Source of the DNA: Corallococcus sp.
GTDB taxonomy: Bacteria; Bacillota; Clostridia; Christensenellales; CAG-314
Length of the DNA: 64,000 nucleotides
Assembly (NCBI GenBank): GCA_023665205.1
Contig: JAMPEJ010000001.1
Span: forward strand, 78,955 to 142,954
Direction: 5' to 3'
Shown here: piece by piece, positions 9,884-19,290 of the stretch
Layout of the letters: each line of letters opens with the position of its first letter
Numbering within the stretch: the stretch's first letter is position 1
Notes under the pieces: model-generated
What the model was told of the DNA's origin: nothing
What the model saw: only the letters and a program-made list of their open reading frames with translations
Database searches by the model: none
Position numbers and translations under genes: made by a program

Positions 9884-9913
9884 TATAAAAAAGAACGGCA
9901 AGTTGTTGCCGTT
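9884..9913 (-). terminator. Rho-independent terminator after the 2H-phosphoesterase gene
   Basis: Hairpin AACGGCAA-GTTG-TTGCCGTT (9894..9913), followed on the minus strand by CTTTTTTAT. Confidence 0.7.
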
Positions 9914-9956
9914 AGTAAAAGAAAAAACAATAATTTCGCTGCAATTATCCTAAAAA

Positions 9957-10493
9957 CTATCCTACCGCGATCGTCTTTTTGACGATAAACGTACCCAATT
10001 TACCGTTTGGCGAAATCCCGAGAACAAACTTATTGGCAGTAACTTTTTTGGGTAACGGAACATTTTTAATGTTCGTAAATCCCTCTGCATTGCTGCTATC
10101 ATCGTCAAACATAAACACCGTCGTATGATGCAAATAATCTTTGTCATATTCGTGCAACGGTATCTCGTATTTTTCAGAAAGCATTGCGTTCAATTCGTCT
10201 TTGATCTCGTTCAAGCGCGAATTTTCGTCGTATCTTATCCACACAATATTACCGGCATTTTCTAATCTCGGGTTCGTGAGTTGCACCGGCTTTTGTTTTT
10301 CAAAAAAACGTATTAAACTACTTTCAATATCTTCAAAGCGATCTTCACTTATTTCAAAAGACATTTTCAAAGAAACGTGCATAGGCAACGTATAGCAAGA
10401 GTGTTCACATCCCAGTACAGCCTCCGCTTCCATTGCTCTTTTCCGCATATCGTCAAAGGGATCATCTACGTCTATTCCAATCCAAATATACAT
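9957..10493 (-). CDS. 2H phosphoesterase superfamily protein (LigT / 2'-5' RNA ligase-like)
   Basis: Two H-x-S/T motifs (PMHVSLK and LHHTTVF) at the spacing expected for the 2H fold. I chose the ATG at 10493, preceded by GGAGAA. The track start at 10505 is a TTG. Confidence 0.6.
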   Translation of the reverse strand: MYIWIGIDVDDPFDDMRKRAMEAEAVLGCEHSCYTLPMHVSLKMSFEISEDRFEDIESSLIRFFEKQKPVQLTNPRLENAGNIVWIRYDENSRLNEIKDELNAMLSEKYEIPLHEYDKDYLHHTTVFMFDDDSSNAEGFTNIKNVPLPKKVTANKFVLGISPNGKLGTFIVKKTIAVG

Positions 10494-10654
10494 GATTTTC
10501 TCCAATTTTCACTCCGCCCGTATAAAAAGACGGTTGCTTAAATTATTTGCATAACACAAAAATAAAAATTCGACTAACTACACCGACGCAAAAACGACGT
10601 TAACCGTTTATCGACAACCGAATTTTTACAGTGCTACTTATCTAACAAAATGTA

Positions 10655-11188
10655 TTATTCAAGTTTTGATTTCGGTACGTAAAAATTGTCGTCAAAAGCG
10701 CCTTCCAATTTCAACAAGGCAATTTTCTTGTCTAAACCTGCCGCATAACCGGTCAAATTACCGTTTGCACCCATAACTCGGTGACAAGGTACAATAATAG
10801 ATATATCGTTACTACCTACTGCGCCGCCCACAGCCTGCGCCGACATTTTTGTAATGCCGCGTTCTCTTGCCAAAATTTTTGCAATGTCGCCGTAAGTCAT
10901 CGTTTGTCCGTAAGGTATTCCGCACAATATTTTCCAAACCGTTTTTTGAAATTCCGTGCCGTAAAAACTCAGCGGTAAGTCGAAATTTGGATTTTTACCA
11001 TCAAAATAAACATCTAACCAACGTTTTACATCGCAAAAAATCGGCAAATCGGCGGTAACGTATCCACGCTCCACAAACAATTCCGTACAGCGTTTTTCTC
11101 TTGAGAACCAAAGTCCTGCAAGCCCGTTTTCATCCGCCGCCATTATCAATTCCCCCAACGGAGATTGGTATTTGTTGAAATGCTTCAT
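10655..11188 (-). CDS. ogt: Methylated-DNA--protein-cysteine methyltransferase
   Basis: Active-site PCHRV motif within IIVPCHRVMGANGNLTGYAGG, and a YGDIA helix-turn-helix region. Confidence 0.9.
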   Translation of the reverse strand: MKHFNKYQSPLGELIMAADENGLAGLWFSREKRCTELFVERGYVTADLPIFCDVKRWLDVYFDGKNPNFDLPLSFYGTEFQKTVWKILCGIPYGQTMTYGDIAKILARERGITKMSAQAVGGAVGSNDISIIVPCHRVMGANGNLTGYAAGLDKKIALLKLEGAFDDNFYVPKSKLE

Positions 11189-11253
11189 TGATCCATACGC
11201 CTTTATACAGTGTTACTTTTGATCTTAAGCGACACAAATAGCCCGTTTGTTAA

Positions 11254-12234
11254 CTAGAATTCCTCCGTTATCGGCTCAAACTCGGCCCAAAGTGTCACGT
11301 CGCCACAATCGTACAAGTCGCTCAAATTGTATACGAATCCGCCGTATTCGTAGCAATACCACCCGATAAAATTAAATCCGTCTTTTACCGCATCCTTTAA
11401 TACAAAATCCGACTCTGCATTATGCGTATCGGGATTATCCGAATCGTTCTCTGCACCATCCATTACGTAAGTAATGCTAAAATCTATCGGCCGTATGACG
11501 GCTGAAATCAGCGCTTCACCATTAGGCATAACAAAGGTATCTCCATCAATTCTTACGCCGTTAACCGTGTAGTACAGCAATTCATAACGATAATCTATAC
11601 CGGAATTGTACAGAGATATTTCTTCCCCGACCATCGCTTCGTCGCAATTTGGATAAACATAGGTTTCAAACTCGGAGTCCACCGTTACGGCGTGCGCAAC
11701 GTTGTAATAATACGCATATAGCGTCAATTCTCCCGTAGTTCCAATTGCTACACCATTTACGAAATAATCCGATTTTTCGTCTAAATACCAGTTACTTTCT
11801 CCGCAAAAGTATTGCCAAACGGCAAACTCGAACTCGGGTTTTGAGGGCGGCGGCATCAATGTGGCGCCGCTTTCAACGGTGTAATGTTTTGGGTTGCCTA
11901 CATCTGATTCATTTCCGTCTACAACGTATTTGATGCCATATGTGATAATGGAGAAAGTTGCCGACACTTCTACGTCTTTTTCCGACATCTCAAAAGAGTT
12001 ACCTTCTATCCTTTTCCCGTCTACAAAGTAGCCGTCCAATTTATAACCGGCGTCCGGCATACAGGATAGCACAACTTTTTCTCCGGTGACTGCCTTATTT
12101 TGCAGAACAAAAACCTCTCCGTGTTCGCATTGCGCCGCGCTTACTGAAAATTCGTTGCCTTTACAGCAAGCGGCAAAAGCGAAGCAAAAGAAAAGCGTTA
12201 ACAAAACGGCAAAGCCCGCAATATACCTTTTCAT
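11254..12234 (-). CDS. Lipoprotein with Listeria-Bacteroides (InlB B-type) repeats
   Basis: Signal peptide with a lipobox-like FAAC. Repeated units of the form Y-V-x-D-G...GF-F-GW...LYA/LWAEF (for example ITYVMDGAEND...GFNFIGWYCYEYGG...VTLWAEFEP). Its start overlaps the M28 gene stop by 4 nt. Confidence 0.65.
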   Translation of the reverse strand: MKRYIAGFAVLLTLFFCFAFAACCKGNEFSVSAAQCEHGEVFVLQNKAVTGEKVVLSCMPDAGYKLDGYFVDGKRIEGNSFEMSEKDVEVSATFSIITYGIKYVVDGNESDVGNPKHYTVESGATLMPPPSKPEFEFAVWQYFCGESNWYLDEKSDYFVNGVAIGTTGELTLYAYYYNVAHAVTVDSEFETYVYPNCDEAMVGEEISLYNSGIDYRYELLYYTVNGVRIDGDTFVMPNGEALISAVIRPIDFSITYVMDGAENDSDNPDTHNAESDFVLKDAVKDGFNFIGWYCYEYGGFVYNLSDLYDCGDVTLWAEFEPITEEF

Positions 12235-13973
12235 ACGTTCACCTCGACCTTATCGGTAATGTCAGTCGCAACGGAAGGTTCATCATAAAACCCGAATATC
12301 TGCGGAGCCAACAACGTAAAAGGCAACGCAATCAATACCAACAAGAAACCCAATGCCCCAAACGTCAATGATACATACAAAGAATACGTCAACGATAAAC
12401 CTAAACTCAGTGTAAACAATGCCGTAATTGCAACGGATACTCCTGCAAGCGACTGTCGCAACTTATTCTTTTTAACAAACGAAAGAGACAAAGCGATTGT
12501 GGACAGAAACGCAGGAATAACAAAAACAAACGATCCGCCGAAAATTACAGTAACGCACACCACACACAGCACTGCATAAATCAGCAACGAACCTACAGAC
12601 GATTCTGTGTAGTTTATACCTAAACGTTGTTTTATGGGTGCGGAAACCATAGCGGCACTAGCGCTTACGATACCAAATAATATCAAAAGCACAATGTCGG
12701 CACTTACACCTATCACAAATATAAGGTGAAAGTTAACTCCGGCGATCGCGCATGAAATCAATGCCACCACAAATCCCAATCCGCATATAACTGCCAACAA
12801 TCCCAAATCCACCGCTAATGAAATAAGCGTTTTAACTATATTTATTCTTTTTTTCCAAATCAACAATGAAACCAAAGCCGTAACCAGTGCCAACGTCACA
12901 CCGAAAAATGCCCAACCTGTAGCATCGCCGTATACCACCAAAGCGTTTGGAAACAGCGTAAAAAACAACGCGTCGCCGTCCCCTTCAAAATAATTCATAT
13001 CTGAATATTTTTCCTGCAATACGTATTCATCAACTAGCGGCAACAGCGTATCGCAATATTTTGCAAGAGTATTAACGTCAATGTTTTCAAATACATCCTT
13101 TTCGTTATGATAAGTTTTAAGACTGTCTAAGGTTGCAACGTTAAGTCCGGCAAACCCTTTTTCTATAAAGGGAGACAAATCAGTGTCGTTCGGCATCATA
13201 TCATACACGTCAGCAGCCAAAGAAAAAGTATAGGGACACCCTGCATTTTTATAAAAATCAATAAGTTTGCGGTTGTTAGGAGAAGTTTGAAAAAGATACA
13301 CCGGTCCGGTTTCTCCGCGCGATTCCACGTTCAAAACAAGGTTGACGTCGGCAAGCCAGTCGCCGTACTCCTCAACAAGTGACTCGCTGCCCAACGTGCC
13401 CTCTTCCTCGGCATCTACAAATGCCAATTTAATGCCGTTTTTAAGTCCGGTTTCTGTTGCGTAGATTCGCGCCAATTCCAAAACAACAGCCACTCCGTAC
13501 CCGTCGTCTATCGCCCCGTGAGAGCCCTCGCTCGCCTCATCGTATTTTATTTTGTACGGACACGAATCATAGTGGCAAATCAGCAGTATATTCGTCCCGC
13601 TTTCGCCGGCAATTTCCGCATAAATATTCTTAGGTGCGTATGGCACCATATCGTTAATTTTTTCGTTGAAAGCATAACGCGTCCTATGCTTTATAGTTTC
13701 GTTTTCTATACCGTAACCGTACAGAGTAGAAGAAATATAACCGCGCACTTCTGCAGAATTATCCTCGTCGTAAATAGAGTGTTCCTTTCGCGATATTGCG
13801 TACACGTGCGAAAGCAAGGCGTCTACGCTGTACTCACGGCTGCTTGTATTGTACGTGACGGTTATATTAAGTGCGCCTATCAATATAGACAACGCAATAA
13901 CCATCGCCAAAAACGTACACGTAATTATCGTCTTTTTCTTTCCCCAAACGGGAAAAATTTTGTTTAATTTCAC
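12231..13973 (-). CDS. M28 family metallopeptidase fused to a C-terminal polytopic membrane domain
   Basis: The N-terminal half has M28 zinc-ligand context (CHYDS..., HGAIDDGYGVAVVLELAR, AFVDAEEEGTLGSE). The C-terminal ~240 aa are strongly hydrophobic, about 8 TM segments. GTG start after AAGGAG. Confidence 0.8.
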   Translation of the reverse strand: MKLNKIFPVWGKKKTIITCTFLAMVIALSILIGALNITVTYNTSSREYSVDALLSHVYAISRKEHSIYDEDNSAEVRGYISSTLYGYGIENETIKHRTRYAFNEKINDMVPYAPKNIYAEIAGESGTNILLICHYDSCPYKIKYDEASEGSHGAIDDGYGVAVVLELARIYATETGLKNGIKLAFVDAEEEGTLGSESLVEEYGDWLADVNLVLNVESRGETGPVYLFQTSPNNRKLIDFYKNAGCPYTFSLAADVYDMMPNDTDLSPFIEKGFAGLNVATLDSLKTYHNEKDVFENIDVNTLAKYCDTLLPLVDEYVLQEKYSDMNYFEGDGDALFFTLFPNALVVYGDATGWAFFGVTLALVTALVSLLIWKKRINIVKTLISLAVDLGLLAVICGLGFVVALISCAIAGVNFHLIFVIGVSADIVLLILFGIVSASAAMVSAPIKQRLGINYTESSVGSLLIYAVLCVVCVTVIFGGSFVFVIPAFLSTIALSLSFVKKNKLRQSLAGVSVAITALFTLSLGLSLTYSLYVSLTFGALGFLLVLIALPFTLLAPQIFGFYDEPSVATDITDKVEVNV

Positions 13974-14086
13974 TTTTGCTCCTTAATATATTTTACAAAA
14001 CATCGTGTATGCACTTTTCCAACTTAAAATAGTATTTTTATAATACAAAAAAGTGTGCACTTCTCATGTTTTTTCCATTTTTAGTG

Positions 14087-14554
14087 CTAACAATCCTTAT
14101 TCGTCTTTCGCATCTCAAAGTTTTTAAGCACTACGCCGTGCCGCTTCACTTGCCGATCTTTGACAACAACATAGCCGCGCTTTTCGAAAAACGGCTTTGC
14201 AGTTATAGATGCGTAAGTTGAAATTTCGCAAAAATCTTTTTCCAAAGCATCGCACAAAGCGGTTGCAATTCCGCGGCGCTGAAATTCTTTGCTTACAAAA
14301 AGTAAATCTAACACGCCAAATTTGTCAATACTTGCAAAACCGACTACTTCATCGTTCAACTCAGCCACTAACGTATATTGTTCAATCAAAGCGTCCGCGC
14401 GAGATTTTAGACTATCCGCGCTCGGAGCCCAAGCGGCAAGCTGCGACTTAGTATAATCGCCGCCATTTACAGCATGAACCGTATCGTAAAACAATTGTGA
14501 CACCGACGAACAATCAGCGTTTTCGTATTCTCTTATAGTAAAATTCAGCAACAT
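14087..14554 (-). CDS. GNAT family N-acetyltransferase
   Basis: Acetyl-CoA motif A (FVSKEFQRRGIATALCDAL). I chose the ATG at 14554 (MLLNFTIREY). The track start at 14578 is a TTG. Confidence 0.85.
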   Translation of the reverse strand: MLLNFTIREYENADCSSVSQLFYDTVHAVNGGDYTKSQLAAWAPSADSLKSRADALIEQYTLVAELNDEVVGFASIDKFGVLDLLFVSKEFQRRGIATALCDALEKDFCEISTYASITAKPFFEKRGYVVVKDRQVKRHGVVLKNFEMRKTNKDC

Positions 14555-14809
14555 ATTCGTTATCCTATTAAAAACCAAAATTACTAACTCTACTATTCAA
14601 CGTTACAAAACGCGGCTGAACGTATCAACGCACCACTTCAAAAGAAAAAAGTAATTGTAACGTTGTGTGACTTTTAAGAATTTTCGTGTATCATCAAACA
14701 AAGTCGAGTACTTTTCTATTATGTTACCTTTACGAAAGTACTTATATGTAAATTTGAACCAATCAAATTTATTCTTTTTACCAAACATCTTACGTCGGCA
14801 TTACAAGAA

Positions 14810-15223
14810 CTAAAATTCAACCGTTTCAACTTTCAGGTCGCAGTAGTATTCGGCGGCTTGACAGGTAAATTTCAGAACGCAATAATCCGGATCGCTAATG
14901 CCATACTTATAGATAAATCTGTCGCACGTCCTCCAAATTTCGTTTTTAGTCGATTGCTCTGTACACACTTCCATTTTGCCGATAATTGTTACGCCTTGAT
15001 AACGTATTTTTCCTCGTTTGTAAAAATACACGCACGCTTTGTCATCGGCAATAAACTGTTTTACCTTTTTAGACGACGTATTTGTTGAGAAATAAATCTC
15101 ACCGTCATCAATTTTTCTCGGAGCAAGCATCGCTCGGATTACAGGATATCCGTTTTCATCCACAGACGCAATAAACGCAGTTTTTTGTTTTGAAATAAAC
15201 TTAAAAATTCCATTTTTGTCCAT
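14810..15223 (-). CDS. Pyridoxamine 5'-phosphate oxidase family protein (general-stress-26-like)
   Basis: 137 aa with the pattern FIASVDENGYPVIRAMLAP...IYFSTNTSSKKVKQF. Strong RBS AAGGAGAAATA precedes the ATG. Confidence 0.75.
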   Translation of the reverse strand: MDKNGIFKFISKQKTAFIASVDENGYPVIRAMLAPRKIDDGEIYFSTNTSSKKVKQFIADDKACVYFYKRGKIRYQGVTIIGKMEVCTEQSTKNEIWRTCDRFIYKYGISDPDYCVLKFTCQAAEYYCDLKVETVEF

Positions 15224-15277
15224 TATTTCTCCTTTACAATTTGAAAGGCGTTTTGCATTTGTATTGTTTGTTTGCCT

Positions 15278-15748
15278 TCATTGATTTGAAACAATATCTC
15301 TCAACTTATTTAGCCAATAAGCAAGATTTTCACGAGCCGTTTCTATCGCCTTTTTTGATTTTTCGCAATTGCCGTCGTAACCGTACCATTGCACCCATTT
15401 TTCAAAATTATCTTCAACGTCACAAATAAGTTCCTTTGCCAAGTCGTACGGATCGGCATTAAACGCCTTAAAATTCCAACCGTTTCCGTCGGAATAAAAC
15501 ATAAATACTTTTTGACCGTTTCCGCTATAAGTCATATCACTAAAAACAAAGTTTGCAGCCCCGCCTTCACTATCGACGTATACGCTTGAAGACATTCTGC
15601 ACTCTACTTCGTCCAATTCTTCTCTACTGCAATAATCATATAAAGCTTTCATAAAATCGCACGGAATATCTGTTAGATAACTGCCTCTGTAAACAACTTG
15701 ATTATCAATACTTATCGCCGTCCATCCTAATCCTGTAATTTTTAACAT
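15278..15748 (-). CDS. Hypothetical protein, 156 aa, acidic, family not recognised
   Basis: Clean ORF with an ATG but only a weak RBS (GAAGAGA). I recognise no motif in it. Confidence 0.55.
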   Translation of the reverse strand: MLKITGLGWTAISIDNQVVYRGSYLTDIPCDFMKALYDYCSREELDEVECRMSSSVYVDSEGGAANFVFSDMTYSGNGQKVFMFYSDGNGWNFKAFNADPYDLAKELICDVEDNFEKWVQWYGYDGNCEKSKKAIETARENLAYWLNKLRDIVSNQ

Positions 15749-16002
15749 ATTGTTATCTCTTCAAAATATTTATACAAAGAGGAATAAACTTTTCAAACTT
15801 TTGTGTCATTACGTTATAATATAAATTTACCGCGATACATAGCGTATGTAAACTCCGCTTTTTAAGATTCTGCCAGAATAGGCTTAAAATGAATTTTCAA
15901 ATACAAGCCAATGCAGAACATATAAATTTTAGTTTTCTCTTTGTAAAAAATTCACCTTGCATATTTACGATATTGTCGCAGTTTTCTTGCATTGTAAATT
16001 AA

Positions 16003-16038
16003 AATACAAAAACCGATAAGAAAGAGGTTCTTATCGGT
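16003..16038 (-). terminator. Rho-independent terminator of the six-tRNA operon
   Basis: Perfect 11-bp stem ACCGATAAGAA/TTCTTATCGGT (16012..16038), followed on the minus strand by TTTTTGTATTTT. Confidence 0.75.
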
Positions 16039-16045
16039 CATTATG

Positions 16046-16130
<85 letters not shown>

Positions 16131-16167
16131 AAATATATCTGCTTCAGTGTTCCACTTCATAAAAAAA

Positions 16168-16244
16168 TGGAGCTGGTGAACGGAATCGAACCATCAACCT
16201 GCTGATTACAAATCAGCTGCTCTGCCTGATTGAGCTACACCAGC
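16168..16244 (-). tRNA. tRNA-Thr (anticodon TGT)
   Basis: Reverse complement GCTGGTGTAGCTCAATCAGG...GCTGATTTGTAATCAGC...GGTTCGATTCC...CACCAGCTCCA. Confidence 0.9.
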
Positions 16245-16266
16245 ACACTGTTATATATCCAATGGA

Positions 16267-16342
16267 TGGTGCTTCGGGGCGGAATCGAACCACCGACACG
16301 GGGATTTTCAGTCCCCTGCTCTACCGACTGAGCTACCGAAGC
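16267..16342 (-). tRNA. tRNA-Phe (anticodon GAA)
   Basis: Reverse complement GCTTCGGTAGCTCAGTCGGTAGAGCAGGGGACTGAAAATCCCC...GGTTCGATTCCGCCCCGAAGCACCA. Confidence 0.92.
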
Positions 16343-16349
16343 AAAACAT

Positions 16350-16426
16350 TGGCGACCCGGAAGGGACTCGAACCCTCGACCTCCAGCGTGACAGGCTGGC
16401 GTACTAACCAACTGTACTACCGGGCC
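16350..16426 (-). tRNA. tRNA-Asp (anticodon GTC)
   Basis: Reverse complement GGCCCGGTAGTACAGTTGGTTAGTACGCCAGCCTGTCACGCTGG...GGTTCGAGTCCC...GGGTCGCCA. Confidence 0.9.
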
Positions 16427-16445
16427 AAATATTGTGTTTTGCAAA

Positions 16446-16521
16446 TGGTGGGCCTTCAGGGACTTGAACCCCGGACCGATCGGTTATGAGCCGACTGCTC
16501 TAACCACTGAGCTAAAGGCCC
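16446..16521 (-). tRNA. tRNA with CAT anticodon (Met, or more likely lysidine-modified Ile2)
   Basis: Reverse complement GGGCCTTTAGCTCAGTGGTTAGAGCAGTCGGCTCATAACCGATCGGTC...GGTTCAAGTCCC...GGCCCACCA. By my recollection, the body closely resembles Bacillus tRNA-Ile2(CAT). Confidence 0.85.
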
Positions 16522-16534
16522 ATAAAACTATCTG

Positions 16535-16611
16535 TGGTCGGGGTGGCGAGACTCGAACTCACGACATCTTGCTCCCAAAGCAAGCGCGCTACCAAACTGC
16601 GCTACACCCCG
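16535..16611 (-). tRNA. tRNA-Pro (anticodon TGG)
   Basis: Reverse complement CGGGGTGTAGCGCAGTTTGGTAGCGCGCTTGCTTTGGGAGCAAG...AGTTCGAGTCTCGCCACCCCGACCA. Confidence 0.9.
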
Positions 16612-16632
16612 CTGCATAATATCAGCTTTTCT

Positions 16633-16661
16633 ATCTTACAATATTTTCTTAGCATTGTCAA
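16633..16661 (-). promoter_or_regulatory. SigA-type promoter of the tRNA operon
   Basis: Minus strand reads TTGACA (16661..16656), 17 nt, TAAGAT (16638..16633), about 20 nt upstream of tRNA-Pro. Confidence 0.6.
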
Positions 16662-16758
16662 CAAATTTTTTGACGATTTTTCACAAAACTTTTATCTTTG
16701 AGAGATTAGTATAAAGAACGTTATTTTAGATAAATGAAAGATGCACACAATGGTAGTT

Positions 16759-17154
16759 TCATTGTATCCACCACTCCGGTGTCAATTGCCCCAGCAAAAC
16801 AATTTTTTGCAAATCGTAGTCCAACATTATTTCTATGTTTTTGTAATCTTCCGGCATAAGTTGCACTATCAACTCTCTGCATGCGCCGCAGGGAGCGCCG
16901 GTTTTTCCGTTTTCCATTAAAGCAAGAACCTTTGAAATTTTGTCCTCACCGTTGGTCAGCATATTAAATATGGCATTCCGTTCGGCACAAATTCCCAACG
17001 TACTGCAAGTATCTACGCAAACGCCGGTATAAATTTTTCCGCTTACAGAAAGTATTGCAGCGGCAACTCCTCCCGCTTGCACGTACTTAGAAATTACACG
17101 CTCTTTTTGCACCGCTTTTGCGGCAGAATACATTTTTTTCCAAATGTTTTCCAT
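16759..17154 (-). CDS. cdd: Cytidine/deoxycytidylate deaminase family protein (Cdd-like)
   Basis: Zinc-binding motifs CAERNAIFNM and PCGACRELI. I chose the ATG at 17154 (MENIWKKMY) after AAGGAG. The longer track ORF is an upstream extension. Confidence 0.8.
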   Translation of the reverse strand: MENIWKKMYSAAKAVQKERVISKYVQAGGVAAAILSVSGKIYTGVCVDTCSTLGICAERNAIFNMLTNGEDKISKVLALMENGKTGAPCGACRELIVQLMPEDYKNIEIMLDYDLQKIVLLGQLTPEWWIQ

Positions 17155-17423
17155 AATTTCACTCCTTATAACAAATTGGAAAGTCACACGACGTTTTCTA
17201 AAATTAAACTTATTTCTACAATAATATCGCGAAACAAGCAAGTTGACAATACAAAACTTATTGCTTTGTTCTCTTAGTTTTCAAAATATTTAATTCACTG
17301 GTAATTATACTTGTAAAGTCAGGTTAATGCAACGTTATTTCGACAATTTCAAACCTTCACTTGCAAAAGATTACAATGTGCGCCCGAATTTTTCTGCAAC
17401 AATATCTGCGGAGGCAGAGAGTT

Positions 17424-17732
17424 ATGGAAGTTTACGTCAATTTCGACAATCAAACGATGATAGTCAGACTTGTAGGAGAACTGGACGAACATTCGGCCGA
17501 GTTTGTCCGCCGCAAACTGGACGCACTGTTTCAGGAAAACGCGTTTAGCCAAGTTGTGCTTGATCTATCGCGCATGTCCTTTATGGATTCCACCGGTATA
17601 GGCGTTGTGATCGGACGATATAAATTGCTACGCAAGACTAACAAAAAATTGTATATCCAAAACCCTTCCCCCACTGTAGACAAGATATTCAAAATGTCCG
17701 GCCTGTACGAAATCATTCAAAAAGTCGGCTAA
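17424..17732 (+). CDS. spoIIAA: Anti-sigma F factor antagonist SpoIIAA (STAS domain)
   Basis: MEVYVNFDNQTMIVRLVGELDEHSA...LDLSRMSFMDSTGIGVVIGRYK, including the phosphorylatable DSTG serine. GGAGG RBS, and first gene of the spoIIA operon. Confidence 0.9.
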   Translation: MEVYVNFDNQTMIVRLVGELDEHSAEFVRRKLDALFQENAFSQVVLDLSRMSFMDSTGIGVVIGRYKLLRKTNKKLYIQNPSPTVDKIFKMSGLYEIIQKVG

Positions 17733-17770
17733 AAGAAACCCAACAATTTCAATATTTAAGAGGTAGCAAA

Positions 17771-18193
17771 ATGTCCAATCTAAACAGCATGCAACTCGTA
17801 ATAGACGCACAATCTCAAAACGAAAAATTTGCCCGCAGTGTCGTAGGAGCATTCTTTGCCCAATTAAACCCCACCTTAGAGCAAGTGGAGGATATAAAGA
17901 CCGCAGTATCAGAGGCTGTCACAAATTGTATAGTGCACGCTTACGACGGCCAACAAAACGGCAAAATTCAAATAAATTGTCAAATTTCGTCCGATACTTT
18001 ATTTGTAGAAATCATCGACAACGGCAAAGGGATCAACGACGTAGAAAAGGCAATGCAACCGTTCTTTACTACCGTAAGCACCGGAGAGCGTTCCGGCATG
18101 GGCTTTACGGTTATGCAAGCATTTTGCGATAAAGTTGAAGTATCCTCTCAAAACGGACAGACTAGAGTTAAACTCACAAAAAAGGTTGCCTAG
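17771..18193 (+). CDS. spoIIAB: Anti-sigma F factor / serine kinase SpoIIAB
   Basis: GHKL ATPase motifs (AVSEAVTNCIVHAY, DNGKGI, GERSGMGFTVM). It lies between spoIIAA and sigF. Confidence 0.9.
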   Translation: MSNLNSMQLVIDAQSQNEKFARSVVGAFFAQLNPTLEQVEDIKTAVSEAVTNCIVHAYDGQQNGKIQINCQISSDTLFVEIIDNGKGINDVEKAMQPFFTTVSTGERSGMGFTVMQAFCDKVEVSSQNGQTRVKLTKKVA

Positions 18194-18207
18194 GAGGTTG
18201 GGCGACA

Positions 18208-18933
18208 ATGGTCAGTCACGAAGAAACTATGCGCTTGATTTCACTTGCGCAACAAGGCAATGAGGAAGCCTGTTCCACCCTGATTGTGGAAAATACGCCG
18301 CTGCTCAAAAGCATAATAAAACGATATTTGGGCAAACACGTCGAGTACGACGATTTGCTGCAAATAGCGGCAATCGGGTTACTCAAAGCAATCAAAAACT
18401 TCTCTACCGATTTCAACGTCAAGTTTTCCACATATGCAGTTCCTATGGTATTGGGAGAAATCAAGCGCTATATGCGCGACGACGGCTACATCAAAGTTTC
18501 CCGCTCCGTCAAAAGCCTCTCGACCAAAATTATGAGATATATTGAGGAACAAAATAAACAAGGCGCAGAAGAGCCTACTATCGAACAGATTGCTAAACAC
18601 TTTGAAATGGATCCAGCAGACGTCGTTTTCGCAATGGACGCAACGCGTTTGCCGGTTTCGCTGTACGAAACCACAAGCGATAAAGACGGCAAACAAACGG
18701 AACTTATAGACCACATTGCCACAACGGAAGACAAAAAAATGTTGGACAACGTGATACTTAAAGACATGCTTAAACAGCTTCCTCCGCGCGAACAAAAAAT
18801 TGTTATTTTACGCTACTTCCGCGATATGACACAAGGCGAAATAGCACAAAAAATGGGTGTATCTCAGGTGCAAATTTCACGCATGGAAAACAAAATTTTG
18901 CAAAAACTTCGACAAATGTATGCAGATAATTAA
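18208..18933 (+). CDS. sigF: RNA polymerase sporulation sigma factor SigF
   Basis: Sigma-70 regions 2-4 (FSTYAVPMVLGEIKRYMRDDG, ISQVQISRMENKIL), and third gene of the spoIIA operon. Confidence 0.9.
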   Translation: MVSHEETMRLISLAQQGNEEACSTLIVENTPLLKSIIKRYLGKHVEYDDLLQIAAIGLLKAIKNFSTDFNVKFSTYAVPMVLGEIKRYMRDDGYIKVSRSVKSLSTKIMRYIEEQNKQGAEEPTIEQIAKHFEMDPADVVFAMDATRLPVSLYETTSDKDGKQTELIDHIATTEDKKMLDNVILKDMLKQLPPREQKIVILRYFRDMTQGEIAQKMGVSQVQISRMENKILQKLRQMYADN

Positions 18934-18936
18934 ACG

Positions 18937-18976
18937 GGCGCAAACAGTTTTCTCAAATCCTGTTGCGCCTGTTTTA
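18937..18976 (+). terminator. Probable terminator after sigF
   Basis: Stem GGCGCAAACAG...CTGTTGCGCC (one bulge), followed by TGTTTT. Confidence 0.55.
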
Positions 18977-19290
18977 ACTAACGCTTTAATGCGTCAAAAG
19001 TATGTACAATATTTTTCAAAGACGTCGCATAAGGAGTCAATTTGTCGCCTCACAAATTCTTACAAAAGACTTTAGCTTTTGCAACGATACAAAAACTTAC
19101 TATATGCGTTTTCAATCTAGTCGTTGTAGTTTCATATAAAAAAAGACTCTGCGCCTAGACCGACGATTTATTTTTCTGTGAGGCAAATACCGATATTATG
19201 TCAGTAATAATACTATGCAAATCGGCATTTTTCGTAATTATACTCAGGATTGTAATAAATGCCAGCTAAAATTTGCTCAGAAATTTGCAA

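Noticed and set aside
14603-14788. A 61-aa minus-strand ORF between the PNPOx-like and GNAT genes.
   Set aside because: It has no SD and a Lys/Phe/Tyr-rich low-complexity sequence. It is probably just AT-rich intergenic DNA.
16235-16619. Three ORFs of 61-75 aa overlapping the tRNA cluster.
   Set aside because: They are made of tRNA sequence on both strands, and the region is fully explained by six tRNA genes.
17242-17423. A SigH-type promoter upstream of spoIIAA (AGGTTAAT...GACAAT or AAGATTA...CGAATTT).
   Set aside because: Both candidates have several mismatches to my recalled SigH consensus (RnAGGAwWW-N11-12-RnnGAATww), and I cannot choose between them.
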